32,000 nucleotides of DNA from Mycoplasmoides genitalium G37. GTDB lineage: Bacteria > Bacillota_I > Bacilli_A > Mycoplasmatales > Mycoplasmoidaceae. Each line of letters begins with the position of its first letter. Position 1 is the stretch's first letter. A model generated the notes under the pieces. It was not told the origin of the DNA. It saw only the letters and a program-made list of their open reading frames with translations, and did not search any database. Shown piece by piece: positions 1 to 12,067 of the stretch. The translations under genes were made by a program, and so were the position numbers. The stretch is taken from assembly GCF_000027325.1 (NCBI RefSeq), contig NC_000908.2, forward strand, positions 1 through 32,000. The letters are read 5' to 3'.

Positions 1-17
1 TAAGTTATTATTTAGTT

Positions 18-354
18 AATACTTTTAACAATATTATTAAGGTATTTAAAAAATACTATTATAGTATTTAACATAGTTAAATACCTTCCTTAATACTGTT
101 AAATTATATTCAATCAATACATATATAATATTATTAAAATACTTGATAAGTATTATTTAGATATTAGACAAATACTAATTTTATATTGCTTTAATACTTA
201 ATAAATACTACTTATGTATTAAGTAAATATTACTGTAATACTAATAACAATATTATTACAATATGCTAGAATAATATTGCTAGTATCAATAATTACTAAT
301 ATAGTATTAGGAAAATACCATAATAATATTTCTACATAATACTAAGTTAATACT
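18..354. repeat. Degenerate 11-bp periodic array built on the hexamer AATACT (complement AGTATT)
   Basis: Exact AATACT starts at 18, 52, 92, 138, 171, 193, 204, 237, 338 and 349. AGTATT starts at 63, 149 and 303. AATACC/GGTATT starts at 41, 80 and 314. Sites 138 to 314 all fall in the same register modulo 11, and the intervening 11-bp steps carry degenerate copies. Confidence 0.8.
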
Positions 355-446
355 ATGTGTAGAATAATAAATAATCAGATTAAAAAAATTTTATTTATCT
401 GAAACATATTTAATCAATTGAACTGATTATTTTCAGCAGTAATAAT

Positions 447-471
447 TACATATGTACATAGTACATATGTA
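447..471. repeat. Two copies of the 10-bp palindrome TACATATGTA separated by CATAG
   Basis: Read directly: the copies lie at 447-456 and 462-471. Confidence 0.8.
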
Positions 472-531
472 AAATATCATTAATTTCTGTTATATATAAT
501 AGTATCTATTTTAGAGAGTATTAATTATTAC

Positions 532-559
532 TATAATTAAGCATTTATGCTTAATTATA
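532..559. repeat. 28-bp palindrome (13-bp perfect arms TATAATTAAGCAT / ATGCTTAATTATA, 2-nt centre) followed by AGCTTTTT
   Basis: Read directly: arms at 532-544 and 547-559, with a T-run beginning at 563. Confidence 0.8.
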
Positions 560-685
560 AGCTTTTTATGAACAAAATTATAGACATTTTAGTTCTTATA
601 ATAAATAATAGATATTAAAGAAAATAAAAAAATAGAAATAAATATCATAACCCTTGATAACCCAGAAATTAATACTTAATCAAAA

Positions 686-1828
686 ATGAAAATATTAATT
701 AATAAAAGTGAATTGAATAAAATTTTGAAAAAAATGAATAACGTTATTATTTCCAATAACAAAATAAAACCACATCATTCATATTTTTTAATAGAGGCAA
801 AAGAAAAAGAAATAAACTTTTATGCTAACAATGAATACTTTTCTGTCAAATGTAATTTAAATAAAAATATTGATATTCTTGAACAAGGCTCCTTAATTGT
901 TAAAGGAAAAATTTTTAACGATCTTATTAATGGCATAAAAGAAGAGATTATTACTATTCAAGAAAAAGATCAAACACTTTTGGTTAAAACAAAAAAAACA
1001 AGTATTAATTTAAACACAATTAATGTGAATGAATTTCCAAGAATAAGGTTTAATGAAAAAAACGATTTAAGTGAATTTAATCAATTCAAAATAAATTATT
1101 CACTTTTAGTAAAAGGCATTAAAAAAATTTTTCACTCAGTTTCAAATAATCGTGAAATATCTTCTAAATTTAATGGAGTAAATTTCAATGGATCCAATGG
1201 AAAAGAAATATTTTTAGAAGCTTCTGACACTTATAAACTATCTGTTTTTGAGATAAAGCAAGAAACAGAACCATTTGATTTCATTTTGGAGAGTAATTTA
1301 CTTAGTTTCATTAATTCTTTTAATCCTGAAGAAGATAAATCTATTGTTTTTTATTACAGAAAAGATAATAAAGATAGCTTTAGTACAGAAATGTTGATTT
1401 CAATGGATAACTTTATGATTAGTTACACATCGGTTAATGAAAAATTTCCAGAGGTAAACTACTTTTTTGAATTTGAACCTGAAACTAAAATAGTTGTTCA
1501 AAAAAATGAATTAAAAGATGCACTTCAAAGAATTCAAACTTTGGCTCAAAATGAAAGAACTTTTTTATGCGATATGCAAATTAACAGTTCTGAATTAAAA
1601 ATAAGAGCTATTGTTAATAATATCGGAAATTCTCTTGAGGAAATTTCTTGTCTTAAATTTGAAGGTTATAAACTTAATATTTCTTTTAACCCAAGTTCTC
1701 TATTAGATCACATAGAGTCTTTTGAATCAAATGAAATAAATTTTGATTTCCAAGGAAATAGTAAGTATTTTTTGATAACCTCTAAAAGTGAACCTGAACT
1801 TAAGCAAATATTGGTTCCTTCAAGATAA
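686..1828 (+). CDS. dnaN: DNA polymerase III beta subunit (sliding clamp)
   Basis: Uninterrupted 380-aa ORF with an ATG start. It occupies the origin-proximal position upstream of gyrB/gyrA, and its length and sequence match the clamp family as I recognise it. The stop overlaps the next start (ATAATG). Confidence 0.93.
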   Translation: MKILINKSELNKILKKMNNVIISNNKIKPHHSYFLIEAKEKEINFYANNEYFSVKCNLNKNIDILEQGSLIVKGKIFNDLINGIKEEIITIQEKDQTLLVKTKKTSINLNTINVNEFPRIRFNEKNDLSEFNQFKINYSLLVKGIKKIFHSVSNNREISSKFNGVNFNGSNGKEIFLEASDTYKLSVFEIKQETEPFDFILESNLLSFINSFNPEEDKSIVFYYRKDNKDSFSTEMLISMDNFMISYTSVNEKFPEVNYFFEFEPETKIVVQKNELKDALQRIQTLAQNERTFLCDMQINSSELKIRAIVNNIGNSLEEISCLKFEGYKLNISFNPSSLLDHIESFESNEINFDFQGNSKYFLITSKSEPELKQILVPSR

Positions 1829-2760
1829 TGAATCTTTACGATCTTTTAGAACTACCAACTACAGCATCAATAAAAGAAATAAAAATTGCTTATAAAAGAT
1901 TAGCAAAGCGTTATCACCCTGATGTAAATAAATTAGGTTCGCAAACTTTTGTTGAAATTAATAATGCTTATTCAATATTAAGTGATCCTAACCAAAAGGA
2001 AAAATATGATTCAATGCTGAAAGTTAATGATTTTCAAAATCGCATCAAAAATTTAGATATTAGTGTTAGATGACATGAAAATTTCATGGAAGAACTCGAA
2101 CTTCGTAAGAACTGAGAATTTGATTTTTTTTCATCTGATGAAGATTTCTTTTATTCTCCATTTACAAAAAACAAATATGCTTCCTTTTTAGATAAAGATG
2201 TTTCTTTAGCTTTTTTTCAGCTTTACAGCAAGGGCAAAATAGATCATCAATTGGAAAAATCTTTATTGAAAAGAAGAGATGTAAAAGAAGCTTGTCAACA
2301 GAATAAAAATTTTATTGAAGTTATAAAAGAGCAATATAACTATTTTGGTTGAATTGAAGCTAAGCGTTATTTCAATATTAATGTTGAACTTGAGCTCACA
2401 CAGAGAGAGATAAGAGATAGAGATGTTGTTAACCTACCTTTAAAAATTAAAGTTATTAATAATGATTTTCCAAATCAACTCTGATATGAAATTTATAAAA
2501 ACTATTCATTTCGCTTATCTTGAGATATAAAAAATGGTGAAATTGCTGAATTTTTCAATAAAGGTAATAGAGCTTTAGGATGAAAAGGTGACTTAATTGT
2601 CAGAATGAAAGTAGTTAATAAAGTAAACAAAAGACTGCGTATTTTTTCAAGCTTTTTTGAGAACGATAAATCTAAATTATGGTTCCTTGTTCCAAACGAT
2701 AAACAAAGTAATCCTAATAAGGGCGTTTTTAACTATAAAACTCAGCACTTTATTGATTAA
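1828..2760 (+). CDS. J-domain (DnaJ-like) protein with a non-DnaJ C-terminal region
   Basis: The N-terminal J domain carries an HPD motif (YHPDVN, HPD at 1915-1923). The ORF continues in frame through several TGA codons to TAA at 2758-2760 (310 aa). I see no Cys-rich zinc-finger or G/F region. Confidence 0.85.
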
Positions 2761-2778
2761 AAAACCTTTCATTTTTAA

Positions 2779-4797
<2,019 letters not shown>

Positions 4798-4811
4798 TTT
4801 GGTTAGTATAA

Positions 4812-7322
4812 ATGGCAAAGCAACAAGATCAAGTAGATAAGATTCGTGAAAACTTAGACAATTCAACTGTCAAAAGTATTTCATTAGCAAATGAACTTGA
4901 GCGTTCATTCATGGAATATGCTATGTCAGTTATTGTTGCTCGTGCTTTACCTGATGCTAGAGATGGACTTAAACCAGTTCATCGTCGTGTTCTTTATGGT
5001 GCTTATATTGGTGGCATGCACCATGATCGTCCTTTTAAAAAGTCTGCGAGGATTGTTGGTGATGTAATGAGTAAATTCCACCCTCATGGTGATATGGCAA
5101 TATATGACACCATGTCAAGAATGGCTCAAGACTTTTCATTAAGATACCTTTTAATTGATGGTCATGGTAATTTTGGTTCTATAGATGGTGATAGACCTGC
5201 TGCACAACGTTATACAGAAGCAAGATTATCTAAACTTGCAGCAGAACTTTTAAAAGATATTGATAAAGATACAGTTGACTTTATTGCTAATTATGATGGT
5301 GAGGAAAAAGAACCAACTGTTCTACCAGCAGCTTTCCCTAACTTACTTGCAAATGGTTCTAGTGGGATTGCAGTTGGAATGTCAACATCTATTCCTTCCC
5401 ATAATCTCTCTGAATTAATTGCGGGTTTAATCATGTTAATTGATAATCCTCAATGCACTTTTCAAGAATTATTAACTGTAATTAAAGGACCTGATTTTCC
5501 AACAGGAGCTAACATTATCTACACAAAAGGAATTGAAAGCTACTTTGAAACAGGTAAAGGCAATGTAGTAATTCGTTCTAAAGTTGAGATAGAACAATTG
5601 CAAACAAGAAGTGCATTAGTTGTAACTGAAATTCCTTACATGGTTAACAAAACTACCTTAATTGAAAAGATTGTAGAACTTGTTAAAGCTGAAGAGATTT
5701 CAGGAATTGCTGATATCCGTGATGAATCCTCTCGAGAAGGAATAAGGTTAGTGATTGAAGTAAAACGCGACACTGTACCTGAAGTTTTATTAAATCAACT
5801 TTTTAAATCAACAAGATTACAAGTACGCTTCCCTGTTAATATGCTTGCTTTAGTTAAAGGAGCTCCTGTACTTCTCAACATGAAACAAGCTTTGGAAGTA
5901 TATCTTGATCATCAAATTGATGTTCTTGTTAGAAAAACAAAGTTTGTGCTTAATAAACAACAAGAACGTTATCACATTTTAAGCGGACTTTTAATTGCTG
6001 CTTTAAATATTGATGAGGTTGTTGCAATTATTAAAAAATCAGCAAATAACCAGGAAGCAATTAATACATTAAATACAAAGTTTAAGCTTGATGAAATTCA
6101 AGCTAAAGCAGTTCTTGACATGCGTTTAAGGAGCTTAAGCGTACTTGAAGTTAACAAACTTCAAACTGAACAAAAAGAGTTAAAAGATTCAATTGAATTT
6201 TGTAAGAAAGTGTTAGCTGATCAAAAATTACAGCTAAAAATAATCAAAGAGGAATTGCAAAAAATCAATGATCAGTTTGGTGATGAAAGAAGAAGTGAAA
6301 TTCTCTATGATATCTCTGAGGAAATTGATGATGAATCATTGATAAAAGTTGAGAATGTAGTGATAACTATGTCTACAAATGGTTATCTAAAAAGGATTGG
6401 AGTTGATGCTTATAATCTTCAACATCGTGGTGGAGTTGGGGTTAAAGGGCTAACTACTTATGTTGATGATAGTATTAGTCAATTATTGGTCTGTTCAACT
6501 CACTCTGACTTATTATTTTTTACTGATAAGGGTAAGGTTTATAGAATTAGAGCTCATCAAATTCCCTATGGTTTTAGAACAAATAAAGGTATTCCCGCTG
6601 TTAACTTAATCAAAATTGAAAAGGATGAAAGAATTTGTTCATTGTTATCTGTTAATAACTATGATGATGGTTATTTCTTTTTCTGTACTAAAAATGGAAT
6701 TGTTAAAAGAACGAGCTTGAATGAATTCATCAACATCTTAAGTAATGGTAAGCGGGCTATATCTTTTGATGATAATGACACTTTGTATTCAGTAATTAAA
6801 ACCCACGGAAATGATGAGATTTTTATTGGTTCTACCAATGGATTTGTTGTTCGCTTCCATGAAAATCAACTCAGAGTTCTTTCAAGAACAGCAAGAGGTG
6901 TATTTGGTATCAGTTTAAATAAAGGAGAATTTGTTAATGGACTATCAACTTCAAGCAACGGTAGCTTACTTTTATCAGTCGGTCAAAATGGAATAGGTAA
7001 ATTAACGAGCATAGATAAATATAGACTCACAAAACGTAATGCTAAGGGAGTTAAAACTCTAAGGGTTACTGATAGAACAGGCCCTGTTGTTACAACAACC
7101 ACTGTTTTTGGTAATGAGGATCTTTTAATGATTTCCTCTGCTGGTAAAATTGTGCGTACCAGTTTACAAGAACTTTCAGAACAAGGTAAAAACACTTCTG
7201 GTGTTAAGTTAATTAGATTAAAAGATAATGAACGTTTAGAAAGAGTAACTATCTTTAAAGAAGAGTTAGAAGACAAAGAAATGCAACTAGAAGATGTTGG
7301 ATCCAAACAAATTACGCAATAA
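4812..7322 (+). CDS. gyrA: DNA gyrase subunit A
   Basis: Uninterrupted 836-aa ORF. The QRDR-type region [10 protein letters not shown] and the catalytic [10 protein letters not shown] (active-site Tyr) are present, and the C-terminal beta-pinwheel repeats are recognisable. Confidence 0.97.
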   Translation: MAKQQDQVDKIRENLDNSTVKSISLANELERSFMEYAMSVIVARALPDARDGLKPVHRRVLYGAYIGGMHHDRPFKKSARIVGDVMSKFHPHGDMAIYDTMSRMAQDFSLRYLLIDGHGNFGSIDGDRPAAQRYTEARLSKLAAELLKDIDKDTVDFIANYDGEEKEPTVLPAAFPNLLANGSSGIAVGMSTSIPSHNLSELIAGLIMLIDNPQCTFQELLTVIKGPDFPTGANIIYTKGIESYFETGKGNVVIRSKVEIEQLQTRSALVVTEIPYMVNKTTLIEKIVELVKAEEISGIADIRDESSREGIRLVIEVKRDTVPEVLLNQLFKSTRLQVRFPVNMLALVKGAPVLLNMKQALEVYLDHQIDVLVRKTKFVLNKQQERYHILSGLLIAALNIDEVVAIIKKSANNQEAINTLNTKFKLDEIQAKAVLDMRLRSLSVLEVNKLQTEQKELKDSIEFCKKVLADQKLQLKIIKEELQKINDQFGDERRSEILYDISEEIDDESLIKVENVVITMSTNGYLKRIGVDAYNLQHRGGVGVKGLTTYVDDSISQLLVCSTHSDLLFFTDKGKVYRIRAHQIPYGFRTNKGIPAVNLIKIEKDERICSLLSVNNYDDGYFFFCTKNGIVKRTSLNEFINILSNGKRAISFDDNDTLYSVIKTHGNDEIFIGSTNGFVVRFHENQLRVLSRTARGVFGISLNKGEFVNGLSTSSNGSLLLSVGQNGIGKLTSIDKYRLTKRNAKGVKTLRVTDRTGPVVTTTTVFGNEDLLMISSAGKIVRTSLQELSEQGKNTSGVKLIRLKDNERLERVTIFKEELEDKEMQLEDVGSKQITQ

Positions 7323-8547
7323 CTATGATTTCTTTAAAAAGAAACTGTTAGAAAGAAATGTAAATGAGCAATTATTAAATCAGTTTATTCAAACTGATAA
7401 ACTAATGCGCAAAAACTTGCAACAACTTGAACTTGCTAACCAAAAACAAAGCTTGTTGGCAAAACAAGTTGCTAAGCAAAAAGATAATAAAAAGCTATTA
7501 GCTGAATCAAAAGAACTTAAGCAGAAGATTGAAAACTTAAATAATGCTTATAAAGATTCACAAAACATTAGTCAAGATTTACTTCTAAATTTTCCTAATA
7601 TTGCTCATGAATCAGTTCCTGTTGGTAAAAATGAATCAGCAAACTTAGAACTTCTTAAAGAAGGGAGAAAACCAGTTTTTGATTTCAAACCTTTACCACA
7701 TCGAGAGTTATGTGAAAAGTTAAATTTAGTTGCTTTTGATAAAGCTACTAAGATTAGTGGAACTAGGTTTGTTGCATATACAGATAAAGCAGCTAAACTA
7801 CTTAGAGCGATAACTAATCTAATGATTGACCTTAATAAAAGCAAGTATCAAGAATGAAACCTGCCAGTTGTTATTAATGAATTAAGTTTAAGATCAACCG
7901 GACAACTACCTAAGTTTAAAGATGATGTTTTTAAACTAGAAAACACCCGTTATTATCTTTCTCCAACTTTAGAGGTACAACTTATCAATTTACATGCTAA
8001 TGAAATTTTTAATGAAGAAGATTTACCTAAATACTACACTGCAACAGGTATTAACTTTCGTCAAGAAGCGGGTAGTGCTGGTAAACAAACCAAAGGAACT
8101 ATTAGATTGCATCAGTTTCAAAAAACTGAGTTAGTTAAGTTTTGTAAACCTGAAAATGCTATCAATGAATTGGAAGCAATGGTTAGAGATGCTGAACAAA
8201 TCTTAAAGGCACTTAAGTTACCTTTTAGAAGGTTATTGTTATGTACTGGTGATATGGGCTTTAGTGCTGAAAAAACATATGATCTTGAAGTTTGAATGGC
8301 AGCTAGCAATGAATATCGTGAAGTTTCTTCTTGTTCATCTTGTGGTGATTTTCAAGCAAGAAGAGCTATGATTCGTTACAAAGATATTAACAACGGTAAA
8401 AACAGTTATGTTGCTACTTTAAATGGAACAGCATTATCTATTGATAGAATTTTTGCTGCAATTCTAGAAAATTTTCAAACAAAAGATGGCAAAATTCTTA
8501 TCCCACAAGCATTAAAAAAATACCTTGATTTTGACACAATCAAGTAA
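7294..8547 (+). CDS. serS: Seryl-tRNA synthetase
   Basis: Fragments 7294-7857, 8107-8295 and 8296-8547 share a frame and are joined through TGA with no TAA/TAG between them (translated by hand). The protein has an N-terminal coiled-coil arm and a class II core ([23 protein letters not shown]). Length is 417 aa, and it overlaps the gyrA 3' end by 29 nt. Confidence 0.93.
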
Positions 8548-8550
8548 TTT

Positions 8551-9183
8551 ATGAATAAAGGTGTTTTTGTTGTTATTGAAGGAGTTGATGGAGCGGGCAA
8601 AACTGCTTTAATTGAAGGTTTTAAAAAACTTTATCCAACTAAGTTTTTGAACTATCAACTTACTTATACTAGAGAACCTGGTGGTACTTTGTTAGCTGAA
8701 AAAATTCGTCAACTTCTTTTAAATGAAACAATGGAACCTCTAACTGAAGCTTATTTGTTTGCCGCAGCTAGAACTGAACATATCAGTAAGCTAATTAAAC
8801 CAGCAATTGAAAAAGAACAACTAGTTATTTCAGATAGATTTGTTTTCTCTAGTTTTGCATACCAAGGATTAAGCAAAAAAATAGGCATTGATACAGTAAA
8901 ACAGATTAATCATCATGCGTTAAGAAATATGATGCCAAACTTTACCTTTATTTTGGATTGCAATTTTAAAGAAGCATTACAAAGGATGCAAAAGCGTGGT
9001 AATGATAATCTTCTTGATGAATTTATTAAAGGAAAGAATGATTTTGATACAGTTCGTTCTTATTATTTAAGCTTAGTTGATAAAAAAAACTGTTTCTTGA
9101 TTAATGGTGATAATAAACAAGAACACCTAGAGAAATTTATTGAATTGTTAACAAGATGCTTACAACAACCCACGCATTACTAA
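8551..9183 (+). CDS. tmk: Thymidylate kinase
   Basis: 210-aa ORF with P-loop GVDGAGKT and the TREPGGT and DRF motifs typical of dTMP kinase. It sits in the conserved tmk-holB pairing. Confidence 0.93.
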
Positions 9184-9920
9184 TCATTCAAAGAAAAGGT
9201 AGTTTCTTAAAACCTTTTCTTGATAATTATCTTACTAGTATTGTTTGTGAAAACAAAAATGGTTGCAAAAAGTGTATAAACTGTTTGGAAATTCTCAATA
9301 ATAAATACAACAGCTTATATTGATTTGATCAAATTAATCCTTTCAAAAGAGAAAATGCCCTTCAGTTAGCAAGAATTTTTAACCGTGAAAGAACAAGTGT
9401 AAACAATAAAAATATTTATCTAATTGAAGAAATTGAAAAATTAAGCAGTAATTCTATAAATAGTTTATTGAGACTAGTTGAAGATAGTCCGATAAATAGT
9501 TATGGTATTTTTACAACTAAAAATGAAAGTTTAATTCTTTCCACTTTTTTAAGTAGAGTACAGAAAGTAGTTTTAAAAAAAGCTAGTAAAGTTCCTTTTA
9601 AAGTAAGCAAAAATGATCAAGAAATTATTACAAGTTTTTTTACTGTAGATGAACAAATTGAAGCAATTGAAAATGGAAGTTTTAACCGTTTCAAAATTAT
9701 CTTAGATGCATGTTTAAACAAAAAAACAGGTACAGAACAAATTTATCATGCTTGACAAATTTTTAGAGATTTTTCTAATAGTGAAATTGCTCAGTTAATT
9801 ACTCTAATAATTAATAAAACTGAAAATATAGATAAAAAATCAATTTTGTTTAATTGTTTAAAAGTTTTGCCATATAATCCTCCAAAATCCACTTTGTTTG
9901 CTAATTTAGTTAGTTGATAG
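9156..9920 (+). CDS. holB: DNA polymerase III delta-prime subunit (clamp-loader component)
   Basis: ATG at 9156 is in frame with fragment 9468-9755, with TGA read-through to TAG at 9918-9920 (254 aa). It has a zinc module [13 protein letters not shown], the stretch [13 protein letters not shown] and an SRC-like LSRVQ. It lacks an intact P-loop and lies downstream of tmk, overlapping it by 28 nt. Confidence 0.8.
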
Positions 9921-9922
9921 TT

Positions 9923-11251
9923 ATGAAAAGCGAAATTAATATTTTTGCACTAGCAACTGCACCTTTTAATAGTGCATTACATATTATTAGGTTTTCTGGT
10001 CCTGATGTTTATGAGATTTTAAACAAGATAACTAATAAAAAAATAACAAGAAAAGGGATGCAAATTCAACGCACATGGATAGTTGATGAAAACAATAAGC
10101 GAATTGATGATGTGCTATTATTTAAATTTGTCTCTCCAAATTCTTATACAGGAGAAGATTTAATTGAAATTTCTTGTCATGGTAACATGTTGATCGTTAA
10201 TGAAATTTGCGCACTTCTTTTAAAAAAAGGAGGTGTTTATGCCAAACCTGGTGAATTTACCCAAAGGAGTTTTTTAAATGGAAAAATGAGTTTACAACAA
10301 GCTAGTGCTGTAAATAAATTGATTTTATCTCCTAACTTATTAGTTAAAGATATAGTCTTAAATAATTTAGCGGGTGAAATGGATCAACAATTAGAACAAA
10401 TAGCTCAACAAGTTAATCAATTAGTAATGCAAATGGAAGTAAACATTGATTATCCAGAATATCTTGATGAACAAGTAGAACTATCAACTTTAAATAATAA
10501 AGTTAAATTGATTATTGAAAAGCTTAAAAGAATTATTGAAAATAGTAAACAACTCAAAAAACTTCACGATCCTTTTAAAATTGCCATTATAGGCGAAACT
10601 AATGTAGGTAAATCTTCTTTACTCAACGCTTTATTAAATCAAGATAAAGCGATAGTTTCAAATATTAAAGGTAGTACACGCGATGTTGTTGAAGGGGATT
10701 TCAATTTAAATGGTTATTTAATCAAGATCTTAGATACTGCAGGTATCCGTAAACATAAAAGTGGGCTTGAAAAAGCAGGAATTAAAAAAAGCTTTGAATC
10801 TATAAAGCAAGCTAATTTGGTTATTTATCTTTTAGATGCAACACATCCAAAGAAAGATCTTGAATTAATTAGTTTTTTTAAGAAAAATAAAAAGGATTTT
10901 TTTGTTTTCTATAACAAAAAAGATTTAATTACAAATAAGTTTGAAAATAGTATTTCTGCAAAGCAAAAAGATATTAAAGAATTAGTTGATTTATTAACTA
11001 AATATATTAACGAGTTTTATAAAAAAATAGATCAAAAAATCTATCTGATTGAAAATTGACAGCAAATTTTAATTGAAAAAATTAAAGAACAATTAGAACA
11101 GTTTTTAAAGCAACAAAAAAAATATTTATTTTTCGATGTTTTAGTTACCCATCTAAGAGAAGCTCAACAAGATATTCTTAAACTACTAGGTAAGGATGTA
11201 GGTTTTGATTTAGTTAATGAAATTTTTAATAATTTTTGTTTAGGAAAATAA
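9923..11251 (+). CDS. mnmE: tRNA modification GTPase MnmE (TrmE/ThdF)
   Basis: ATG at 9923 (the track's TTG start at 9914 is a less likely extension). G-domain motifs [14 protein letters not shown] and DTAGIR are present. After one TGA the ORF ends with the family-specific C-terminal CLGK motif. Length is 442 aa. Confidence 0.93.
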
Positions 11252-12039
11252 TGGAATACTTTGATGCACATTGTCATTTAAATTGTGAACCTTTACTGAG
11301 TGAAATTGAAAAAAGCATCGCTAATTTCAAATTAATTAATTTAAAAGCAAATGTTGTAGGTACAGATTTGGATAATTCTAAAATTGCTGTTGAATTAGCT
11401 AAAAAATATCCTGATCTTTTAAAAGCAACCATAGGTATCCATCCAAATGATGTTCATTTAGTTGATTTTAAAAAGACAAAAAAACAACTTAATGAACTAT
11501 TAATAAATAACAGAAATTTCATAAGTTGTATTGGTGAATATGGTTTTGATTATCACTACACAACAGAATTTATTGAATTGCAAAACAAATTCTTTGAGAT
11601 GCAATTTGAAATAGCTGAAACTAATAAATTGGTTCACATGCTTCATATTCGTGATGCTCATGAAAAAATTTATGAAATATTAACAAGATTAAAGCCAACT
11701 CAACCTGTGATTTTTCATTGTTTCAGTCAAGATATAAATATTGCTAAAAAGCTACTATCATTAAAAGATTTAAATATTGACATCTTCTTTTCTATCCCAG
11801 GGATAGTTACTTTTAAGAATGCTCAAGCATTACATGAAGCTTTAAAGATTATTCCTAGTGAATTACTTTTAAGTGAAACTGACTCACCGTGATTAACCCC
11901 TTCTCCTTTTCGAGGCAAAGTTAACTGACCTGAATATGTAGTTCATACTGTTAGCACTGTTGCTGAAATAAAAAAAATAGAAATTGCTGAAATGAAGCGA
12001 ATTATTGTTAAAAATGCAAAAAAATTATTTTGACATTAA
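11251..12039 (+). CDS. tatD: TatD-family metal-dependent hydrolase/DNase
   Basis: ATG at 11251 overlaps the mnmE stop (TAATG). It has an N-terminal DAHCHL metal-binding motif, then HIRDAH and ETDSPW. Three TGA codons are read through to TAA at 12037-12039 (262 aa). Confidence 0.88.
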
Positions 12040-12067
12040 AAGTTAAATAAAGCAATTTATTTAACAA

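Larger units (their letters stand above)
1..685. other. Non-coding, extremely AT-rich region upstream of dnaN; candidate replication origin (dnaA-dnaN spacer type)
   Basis: There is no ORF in the six-frame track. The region sits directly upstream of the dnaN-gyrB-gyrA set that normally flanks bacterial origins. It is dense in short phased repeats and palindromes. The origin role is inferred from position only, because I found no canonical DnaA box. Confidence 0.5.

Noticed and set aside
1-685. I searched both strands for canonical DnaA boxes (TTATCCACA / TGTGGATAA).
   Set aside because: There is no 8/9 or 9/9 match. The best are 6/9 (TTATCTGAA near 392-400 and TTATCAAGG on the minus strand of about 652-660), which is not distinguishable from chance in DNA this AT-rich. 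The origin call therefore rests on position and repeat architecture only.
9914-9922. Upstream non-ATG extensions offered by the ORF track. This entry covers the TTG at 9914 for mnmE. The same issue arises at the TTG at 11236 for tatD and at the extension to 31742 for the DJ-1 gene.
   Set aside because: In each case an ATG a few codons downstream abuts or overlaps the preceding stop codon and gives the family-typical N-terminus. The extensions would run deeper into the neighbouring gene.
12042-12065. Hairpin GTTAAATAA-AGCAAT-TTATTTAAC between tatD and the primase-like gene, considered as a terminator.
   Set aside because: The stem is almost pure A:T with a single G:C pair, no U-tract follows it, and the next start codon is 3 nt away. 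It may be a weak RNA structure, but it is not a convincing terminator.
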